This document shows positions 47,753 to 56,069 of a stretch of 56,069 nt of DNA, piece after piece. Within the stretch, counting starts at the first letter, position 1. Each line of letters begins with the position of its first letter. A program made the position numbers and the translations under genes. The notes under the pieces are model-generated. The model saw nothing but the letters and a program-made list of their open reading frames with translations. It did not search any database and was not told the DNA's origin. Origin of the DNA: Gemmatimonadota bacterium (GTDB lineage: Bacteria > Gemmatimonadota > Gemmatimonadetes > Gemmatimonadales > Gemmatimonadaceae); NCBI GenBank assembly GCA_003141205.1, contig PLLD01000193.1, positions 9,483 through 65,551 on the forward strand. The letters run 5' to 3'.

Positions 47753-48154
47753 ATGCCACACGCGCAGACCGGCCGAATCGCCCGCGGGGCCGCGCTGGCG
47801 ATCCCCGACGGGGCGCTCGACGAAGCGGTCACCCGTCTCGTTGCGACGTTTGCCCCGACGCGCATCTATCTATTCGGTTCTCGAGCCCGTGGTGACGCCG
47901 GCCCGGATAGTGATTACGATCTGCTGGTCGTCGTCCGGGCTTCAAGCGTCCCTGGATTCCGGCGGGATCAGGTAGCGTATCGGGCACTCCGAGGCATTGC
48001 GCTGCCCAAAGACGTGATGGTATGGACGGAGGCGGAGTTCGGGGATCGGGTCGGTTTCCCGGCTTCACTTCCGGCAACTGTTGCACGCGAAGGCCAGGTT
48101 TTGTACGAGCCTGACGTCCCGAGTGAGACGGGTGGGAGATCGGGTGCCCTCTGA
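47753..48154 (+). CDS. Nucleotidyltransferase-domain protein (MNT antitoxin of an HEPN/MNT pair)
   Basis: LFGSRARGDAGPDSDYDLLVV is the pol-beta-type NTase motif (GS..D.D). 133 aa. Confidence 0.8.
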   Translation: MPHAQTGRIARGAALAIPDGALDEAVTRLVATFAPTRIYLFGSRARGDAGPDSDYDLLVVVRASSVPGFRRDQVAYRALRGIALPKDVMVWTEAEFGDRVGFPASLPATVAREGQVLYEPDVPSETGGRSGAL

Positions 48155-48578
48155 GCCGCCCGCGCCGTCAGGGCTGACGAAGCTGTCAAAGAAAGCCGCG
48201 ACGCGTGAGTGGTTGGTCAACGCCGAACACGACCTACGCGCGGCTGAATTGCTGGCCGCCGCGACTAGTCCGTTGCCGGACGTGGCAGTGTATCATTGCC
48301 AGCAGGCAGCCGAAAAGGCGCTCAAAGCGTTCCTGTTCCACCGCGATATCCCGTTTCGCAAAACCCATGATCTCGCCGAGCTGGGAGACGAGCGTGTGCG
48401 TCTCGATGCGTCGTTGGCTGAAGTAGTCGACCGGGCCGTCGACCTGACGCCGTTTGCGTGGCAGTTCCGCTATCCCGCCGCAGACCGGGGTGAGCCATCG
48501 GCCGAAGACGCGCAAGAAGCGATTGAGACGGCTCAGGCCACATACGACGCGGTTCGCACCCGGATTGGAGCGGCGTAA
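48144..48578 (+). CDS. HEPN-domain protein (putative toxin of the HEPN/MNT pair)
   Basis: WLVNAEHDLRAAELL..YHCQQAAEKALKAFL..FRKTHDL contains an R-x4-H motif. A GTG at 48144 with GGGAGA 5 nt upstream overlaps the MNT gene by 11 nt. ORF-track start is 48081. Confidence 0.75.
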   Translation: MPSEPPAPSGLTKLSKKAATREWLVNAEHDLRAAELLAAATSPLPDVAVYHCQQAAEKALKAFLFHRDIPFRKTHDLAELGDERVRLDASLAEVVDRAVDLTPFAWQFRYPAADRGEPSAEDAQEAIETAQATYDAVRTRIGAA

Positions 48579-48759
48579 CATCTCCACCGGTCGCCCGAAC
48601 CGCGCAGCCTAACTTGGTGTCCACGAAGCCGGGGGCAATTCCACACCGTGGAAGGCCCTTACGTCGCGCGACGCGCAAACGGTCGTGACCGGAGGATGGA
48701 TCGATCTCGACGACGATCTTCTTGACGACAGCGCTCGGCGCCTTACGGCGCCCGGGGCA

Positions 48760-48900
48760 TCAGAGCTCGATGTCGCGCGGTCGCAGCGGAATGCGCTCGA
48801 TCTCGTTGCCCGCGCATCCGGACTTCGGAACGGTGCGCAGGAACGCTTCGAACGATAGGCGCGGCACCTCTGCGCCTGTCTGTGTTTTGGCCGCCGTCAT
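48760..48900 (-). CDS. Candidate 46-aa orphan ORF (MTAAKTQTGAEVPRLSFEAFLRTVPKSGCAGNEIERIPLRPRDIEL)
   Basis: ATG preceded by GAGGGGAG. The C-terminus resembles the tail of AbrB/VapB-type antitoxins. Not in the ORF track because it is under 60 aa. Confidence 0.2.
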   Translation of the reverse strand: MTAAKTQTGAEVPRLSFEAFLRTVPKSGCAGNEIERIPLRPRDIEL

Positions 48901-49066
48901 CTCCCCTCAGCGTGAATTGGCAGGCCGAGTAGTCTAGCGACGCAGCGCCCACGTCACCATCTGGGGCGTCGCACCGGGCGACATCGCCCGTTGCCGCATC
49001 CAGCAGGCCATTCCTAGATTGCCCGCCTCCTGCTCGACCTGCGTCCAATGTTTCGATGAACAGCCC

Positions 49067-49380
49067 ATGCCAACACGGCCCCAGCATGCGCGCATAGCTG
49101 CGCCGATCTCCCGCCGCCTCACGGCCGACGATCTGGATAGCCTCCCGGATGGCGGACGTTTCTACGGGATCGTCGATGGCGCGACGATGTACCTCAAAGA
49201 GCCGGATTGCCGGCACGGATTCTACACCTACCGTCTCCTCCAGTACCTCGGGTCGTACATTGACGCGCACCGACTGGGCTTTATCGGCCCCGAAATACAC
49301 GTCGTGCTCAACCCGCAGAGAACAACTGTTCTCGTACCAGATATCGCGTTCTTCACGGACCCGGGCGCTACTTCCAGAAT
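49067..49380 (+). pseudogene. Uma2-family (DUF820) endonuclease, 3'-truncated at the CRISPR trailer
   Basis: LTADDLDSLPDGGRFYGIVDG..RHGFYTYRLLQYL..LVPDIAFF matches the N-terminal half of Uma2 proteins. The frame then runs straight into the first CRISPR repeat with no C-terminal half. Confidence 0.55.
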
Positions 49381-51240
49381 CGGTTCATCCCCGCGCGCGC
49401 GGGGAACGCTATGCCCTCGTGTTGCTAGACCGGGATGCCAGCGGTTCATCCCCGCGCGCGCGGGGAACGCGTCCGGTGCCGATACCGCCTTTTGCCGCCC
49501 ATGCGGTTCATCCCCGCGCGCGCGGGGAACGCGCGAGTTGCCCCGGGGCGCCGAGGAAGATATCCGGTTCATCCCCGCGCGCGGGGGGAACGCGTGAGCG
49601 TCGCCGATGTCGACGAGGGAAGTGCCGGTTCATCCCCGCGCGCGCGGGGAACGCTCCGATGCCGGGGCGGTTGCACGCCGTGCCGCCGGTTCATCCCCGC
49701 GCGTGCGGGGAACGCTGGGGGAAGCACCGCGGTCGTGGGCTGCGCGACGGTTCATCCCCGCGCGCGCGGGGAACGCTACCAAACCGCGCCGACCGCGATC
49801 CACAGGATCGGTTCATCCCCGCGCGCGCGGGGAACGCTCGACGAGCCCGGTACATACCCCAATCCCAATCGGTTCATCCCCGCGCGCGCGGGGAACGCCA
49901 GAGTCGGCACACCTGGATGCCAACCTGTTTCGGTTCATCCCCGCGCGCGCGGGGAACGCCGTCGCCCGAATCGCGCGCTTACCCCGCGTGACGGTTCATC
50001 CCCGCGCGCGCGGGGAACGCCCAACCTGCAACATCATCCCGGGCTGCGCCGTCGGTTCATCCCCGCGCGCGCGGGGAACGCTGGTGTTCCCGGTGAGGCC
50101 ACGGAAGGTGTGCCGGTTCATCCCCGCGCGCGCGGGGAACGCTCGTCTACCCGCGTCTCGGGAACAGGTGTTTGCGGTTCATCCCCGCGCGCGCGGGGAA
50201 CGCCAAGAGCGGCTCTACGACGGCGTGCGCACGGTCGGTTCATCCCCGCGCGCGCGGGGAACGCGACCCACAAACCGGCCAGAGTTCCGGTATTGCCGGT
50301 TCATCCCCGCGCGCGCGGGGAACGCCCTACCGCCTGGAGCTTCTTCAGCCCCTGATACGGTTCATCCCCGCGCGCGCGGGGAACGCGGCGCCCGAGCCAC
50401 TTGCACACGTTCAACAGACGGTTCATCCCCGCGCGCGCGGGGAACGCGGTATCGAGACCCTTCGAGAGCTGTTCGATCGCGGTTCATCCCCGCGCGCGCG
50501 GGGAACGCGGCAACTCGTCCATCGTTTCCTTGACCTGCTCGGGTTCATCCCCGCGCGCGCGGGGAACGCCTGCATGACGCACGCGTCGATGATCGGAAGG
50601 GCGGTTCATCCCCGCGCGCGCGGGGAACGCCCTGTGTACGCCGATCCGGACGGAAACGAATTCGGTTCATCCCCGCGCGCGCGGGGAACGCCCGCGACAC
50701 AGAAATCACAGCGCTGACTGTCACGGTTCATCCCCGCGCGCGCGGGGAACGCGGCGCGATCACGCTCGACACCACGAGCCTGACCGGTTCATCCCCGCGC
50801 GCGCGGGGAACGCCGTTGCCGTCTATGGCGAGAGAGGGTATAGCGCGGTTCATCCCCGCGCGCGCGGGGAACGCATGTCACTCGTCGGTATTCTGATTGC
50901 GCTCATCGGTTCATCCCCGCGCGCGCGGGGAACGCTGCATGAAGGGGCTGGTGCAAGGCGGCCTCGTCGGTTCATCCCCGCGCGCGCGGGGAACGCGACA
51001 TCCACAAGTGCCAAGCGTGCGGTGAGTACGGTTCATCCCCGCGCGCGCGGGGAACGCGCATGACCGAAAGGAAGTTCGCCGTGCCGAAGCGGTTCATCCC
51101 CGCGCGCGCGGGGAACGCGAGTGGAGATAGACCATTGCGGCATCTTCCGGCGGTTCATCCCCGCGCGCGCGGGGAACGCTCCGCCGAGTTGGCGACACTA
51201 CCCGGTGGGGACGGTTCATCCCCGCGCGCGCGGGGAACGC
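49381..51240 (-). CRISPR. Type I-E CRISPR array: 31 repeats of 29 nt, 30 spacers (29 of 32 nt, one of 33 nt)
   Basis: The minus-strand repeat is GCGTTCCCCGCGCGCGCGGGGATGAACCG, in canonical I-E form and orientation. Periodicity is 61 nt. The array is adjacent to cas2. Variant repeats lie at the cas-distal end. Confidence 0.97.
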
Positions 51241-51315
51241 TCTTGTTACCATCACAAAGCCTACCAACCACTTACCCGTACACGAAAAATCTACCGGACG
51301 TTGGGCCGCGGAATA
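51241..51315 (-). promoter_or_regulatory. CRISPR leader (75 nt, AT-richer) with TAGATT -10-like box (51293..51288)
   Basis: It lies between the cas2 stop and the first repeat. TAGATT sits about 47 nt upstream of repeat 1. Confidence 0.55.
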
Positions 51316-51624
51316 CTACGAGGCAGCCGCTTGGTCGGCGGAAGGCAGCGGCGCGTCAAAACGGACCAGCGTGAGCCCGTCAAAGTCGATCGGCTCCCGA
51401 CGATTCGGTCCCACCGCGGCGAATGCGAAGCCCGAATCCGTTGGCGCAGACCACGCGATGACCGCTGATCCATCGCCGATCAGCAGCTGGACTTCGTCCC
51501 AGATACGGTCGCGCGTTCGGGCGGAATAGTTGCCGACGTACACCCCGGCCCGGATCTCGGCTAGCCAGAGCGAGAGACGTCCTCGAAGCCGCGGCGGTGC
51601 ATTCTCAACCACGATGGCCATCAT
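51316..51624 (-). CDS. cas2: CRISPR-associated endoribonuclease Cas2 (I-E type)
   Basis: MMAIVVENAPPRLRGRLSLWLAEIRAGVYVG matches the Cas2e pattern. It overlaps cas1 by 20 nt. Confidence 0.9.
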   Translation of the reverse strand: MMAIVVENAPPRLRGRLSLWLAEIRAGVYVGNYSARTRDRIWDEVQLLIGDGSAVIAWSAPTDSGFAFAAVGPNRREPIDFDGLTLVRFDAPLPSADQAAAS

Positions 51625-52543
51625 CGCCAGATCTCTCCTCGGGGAGCGCGGGAGGTTGTCCTTCGGGCGCGTCAAGGGGCGCCGATAATCCGCTCGCCAC
51701 CAGCAGATCGCCGATCGTCGGAATGACACGCTCCAGCAGGTTCGTGCGGCGAAAGGCATCGCGGCACGCGATGCGAACTTGGCGCTCTACAGGCTCACGC
51801 GGCGCCTGCCCGCGCTGGATACGAGCGGCAACCGCAAATGCCGCGGGCACCACCGTCTCAAACTTGAAAATGTCGGCAATGTCGTAGACGAAGCTCAGGG
51901 GCTTGCCACTGTGGAGAAAGCCTATCGCGGGCGCGTATCCCGCCGCTAAGACCGCCGCTTCACACAGGCCATACAGGCATGCCGTGCCGGCCGATAGGCA
52001 GCGATTCGGTACATCGGCAGCCTCCCAGGCTTCGGGATCGTAGCGCCGCGCCTCCCACGTCACGCCGTGGACACGTGCGAACTGTTGGTACATCCGTTTC
52101 ACGCGAGCGCCTTCGATGCCGCGCAGCTGGTCCACCGATCGGCGCGCCGGCGGTTCTTCGCCGAAGCGCAACGTATACATCGCCCGAACGACACGCAGCC
52201 GCGCCGCGTCGTCGAGCGCAGCACGCGCCTGGTACAGAAGACGGTCAGCCCGGGCCCCGCCCGGCTGGCCAGATGCATAGAGGCGCACACCGGCCTCACC
52301 CACCCACACCAACAGGCATCCGACCCGCGCGGCGAGCGCGACCGCGGCGTGCGTAATTCGGGTTCCGGGCTCGAGCATGAGGCAGCTCAGACCACCGATC
52401 GGTATCTGAACCCGAGCGCCGTTCTGGTCGACGAGCACGAACGCACCGTCGATCACGTCGATCTGGCCGTACTCCAGAAAGACGATCGCCGCTCGATCCT
52501 TGATCGGGATCGGCCGCAGCGGCACGTACGGCGTGTCCGTCAC
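51605..52543 (-). CDS. cas1: CRISPR-associated endonuclease Cas1 (I-E type)
   Basis: 312 aa. PIKDRAAIVFLEYGQIDVIDGAFVL..LMLEPGTRITHAAV is Cas1e-like. Confidence 0.93.
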   Translation of the reverse strand: MTDTPYVPLRPIPIKDRAAIVFLEYGQIDVIDGAFVLVDQNGARVQIPIGGLSCLMLEPGTRITHAAVALAARVGCLLVWVGEAGVRLYASGQPGGARADRLLYQARAALDDAARLRVVRAMYTLRFGEEPPARRSVDQLRGIEGARVKRMYQQFARVHGVTWEARRYDPEAWEAADVPNRCLSAGTACLYGLCEAAVLAAGYAPAIGFLHSGKPLSFVYDIADIFKFETVVPAAFAVAARIQRGQAPREPVERQVRIACRDAFRRTNLLERVIPTIGDLLVASGLSAPLDAPEGQPPALPEERSGDDGHRG

Positions 52544-52550
52544 GGTGTAA

Positions 52551-53270
52551 TCAAACCCGCCGAATCAGCATCAATCCGCAGCCGAATGCCTTCGCCCTCC
52601 CGAATCCCGTCCCTATCGTCTCGATTAACAACGCCGGATCACGCACCTCGAGAACACCCTCGAAGTCGAGTACGCCGAGCCTCGCTGGCGCGCCCGGTCG
52701 TTCGATGGCAAGCGTGCGGTAGGTGGTGACGGAAACGGCCGTTCCTGATGCACCGGCGCCGCCAGTGCCAACGTCGGGCAGTACAAATCCGGCTTTCGCA
52801 CCCTGCGCGGCCAGCCACGCGATACCTGCGCTCTCAATTGCCGAACGCCGCGCCAGCGCCCGCTCAGGGCCGTGCGTCTGATAGATCGCATCCATCACGA
52901 CATCACACCTGACCCCCCGTCTCTTCGTTCGGTCTTGACGGGACACGGTGGCATTTGCTCGAAGCATAAACGTGAGACGGTCACCGACGCCGAGTCGTGG
53001 AGAGAATACTTTCGACTGATCGACGTCGAACAATCCATGCCGATCCTCCGGCCGGCGTCTCGAGAGCAGGTAGAATACGCCGGTATCTGCCTCACGCCAC
53101 AAGAAATCGCGTTCACGGTCGGGCGCATCGGCAAAAAGGGTCCACACAAGCCGATGCGTGGCGAGCGTTCGCGCCGATACGTCCGGCGGGATGAACATCG
53201 CACGAAGAGCGGAGGCAGGTGCGTCCCGACGCAGGCGTATGCGCGTCAGATACTGTATCGTCGACATCAT
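52551..53270 (-). CDS. cas6e: Cas6e (CasE/Cse3) pre-crRNA endoribonuclease
   Basis: YLTRIRLRRD...THRLVWTLF... with C-terminal GRAKAFGCGLMLI. Position is between cas5e and cas1. Confidence 0.88.
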   Translation of the reverse strand: MMSTIQYLTRIRLRRDAPASALRAMFIPPDVSARTLATHRLVWTLFADAPDRERDFLWREADTGVFYLLSRRRPEDRHGLFDVDQSKVFSPRLGVGDRLTFMLRANATVSRQDRTKRRGVRCDVVMDAIYQTHGPERALARRSAIESAGIAWLAAQGAKAGFVLPDVGTGGAGASGTAVSVTTYRTLAIERPGAPARLGVLDFEGVLEVRDPALLIETIGTGFGRAKAFGCGLMLIRRV

Positions 53271-54033
53271 GCACCCAGGGTACCGTGACCGCTACCCGGC
53301 TCGATCAGGCCAACATCAATTGGCCGCTCGCGAAATTGCCATTGGGTACGATCTGCGTGTGCGTCACGGCGCGTCTGTCGCCGTAGCGGACGCAGTCCGG
53401 ACGAGAAGCCGTCACAGGGATCGTGCGTGACCTCCCGGCCCCATCCCTGTACCGGCCGGACCGCGACCGCTGCAATACCGCGCGCCGGATCCCGTCGCTG
53501 AGTGAAGGCATCCGCGAGCGTGGCAGCTGTCACGACCTCCGGGCCAAGGGGCAGACCGAAGGCGTTGGACTTGCGGCCAGCGTACAGGACGAAGGCGGGG
53601 CGGCGCAGCGCCTCCGCCAGATGGGCCAGCGACCATGCACCACTCGCCCGCGACCATATTGCGACGGTTGCCAAGGCATCCTGCCGATAGGCGCGCCGGG
53701 AGATGATAGTCGCGCGGTCGCTCGTATTCAATAAGGTGGCGCGCGTTATCGGCCCGCGCTCCGCCACACGCTTCACGGCCGACGCTGCCACGGCCTGCGC
53801 GGTGTGGTAGTCAGTGACCGGCGTCCCAGGCGCGTCGAGCCTGACCGCGAATCCATAGCCGCTGTCGAGCGCGTTGTGCGCCTCCTGATCGTCACGAGTG
53901 ATGCCGAGTGCCGCGGCTATCAACCCCAGGATCGCCGAGCGGCTCGGCTGAACCCACGATCCCCGGGCCTCGCCAACGGCGATGTCGCCCCAGCTTACCA
54001 GAGGCGCGTACAGCGTCAGCAGTAGAAACTCCA

Positions 54034-54034
<1 letters not shown>
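53267..54034 (-). CDS. cas5e: Cas5e (CasD)
   Basis: The internal ATG gives MEFLLLTLYAPLVSWGDIAVGEARGS..PSRSAILGLIAAALG. A TGATG junction links it to cas7e. Confidence 0.88.
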
Positions 54035-55822
<1,788 letters not shown>

Positions 55823-55826
<4 letters not shown>

Positions 55827-56069
55827 GCGGCCGCCTCCGGCTCTTTCCCTTGCTTGCGGGGCCGTGGAGCCCGCTGGCGATCATCCAGCGGCATGCCCAG
55901 CATCGTGAACATTTTCTCTCCCAGTTTCGAATGCCCATTCAAAGTCGCGACGAGATAGAACCGCGCCGTTACAAGCCGCCGCACAGTATCGATCGGCAGG
56001 CTCTCCATTGAGCACCACCTGTCAAAGATCTCCGCCGCCTTTCGCGCCAGCGTTCTGATAAAGCGTTCG
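55823..56069 (-). CDS. cas8e: Cas8e (CasA/Cse1) C-terminal fragment; continues off the window
   Basis: The open frame runs to the window edge and its stop overlaps the cse2 start. Identity is assigned by position in the I-E operon only. Confidence 0.55.

Noticed and set aside
48743-49300. 185-aa minus-strand ORF overlapping the Uma2 remnant.
   Set aside because: It has no recognisable motif, Arg/Ala/Gly-rich composition, and lies antisense to a frame with clear Uma2 similarity.
49410-51211. Self-targeting spacers or spacers matching the low-GC islet.
   Set aside because: No match to other parts of the window was seen by eye. This cannot be excluded without an alignment search, so no claim is made.
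49149-51468. Repetitive ORFs such as 49149..49991, 49435..50355, 49607..50533, 50172..50717 and 51060..51374, which encode SSPRARGT, FIPARAGNA and VHPRARGER repeats.
   Set aside because: These are translations of the 29-nt CRISPR repeat in its three frames, not proteins.

Overview
Very GC-rich bacterial chromosomal window; taxon cannot be assigned from sequence alone. All product calls rest on motif recognition by eye, with no database search.

Layout:
- 1-15.7 kb: one long minus-strand gene string. It holds ndh, an MMPL transporter, a PAP2 phosphatase, a Fe3+/thiamine-type ABC importer, a large PIG-L deacetylase, sucA and a THUMP RNA methyltransferase. An MFS gene converges on it at the left end.
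- 15.7-23 kb: housekeeping genes. These are recQ, mscS, a GT1 glycosyltransferase, a SufE-like gene, and a doxX-prx-dsbA-yfcH redox operon.
- 23.3-28.2 kb: cimA-leuC-leuD-leuB.
- 28.3-35.3 kb: an envelope-signalling cluster. It runs ECF sigma, zinc-finger anti-sigma, exported TPR-CHAT protease, lipoprotein and OmpA, with a divergent RDD protein.
- 35.4-47.5 kb: a 10-gene plus-strand operon. ilvD-ilvB-ilvN-ilvC and a short leuA are fused to a serine-cycle-like module (sga-mcl-mtkA-mtkB-hprA).
- 47.5-49.4 kb: a lower-GC, gene-poor islet. It holds an MNT/HEPN toxin-antitoxin pair, gene remnants and a truncated Uma2 gene.
- 49.4-56.1 kb: a type I-E CRISPR-Cas locus on the minus strand. It has 31 repeats and 30 spacers, then cas2, cas1, cas6e, cas5e, cas7e, cse2 and a partial cas8e.

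Most interesting observations:
1. The ECF sigma / anti-sigma / TPR-CHAT operon. A bipartite promoter-like motif is shared by two neighbouring transcription units, suggesting a CHAT-protease-controlled sigma-factor system.
2. A classical Leu/Val/Ile-rich leader peptide and four-segment attenuator in front of the ilv operon.
3. The fusion of malyl-CoA / serine-cycle genes to branched-chain amino-acid genes.
4. A 15-bp tandem repeat between leuC and leuD in which every unit carries its own SD and ATG.
5. A 44-nt pure pyrimidine tract replacing the ilvC ribosome-binding site.
6. A recurrent TAGATT box 6-7 nt upstream of start codons, implying leaderless mRNAs.
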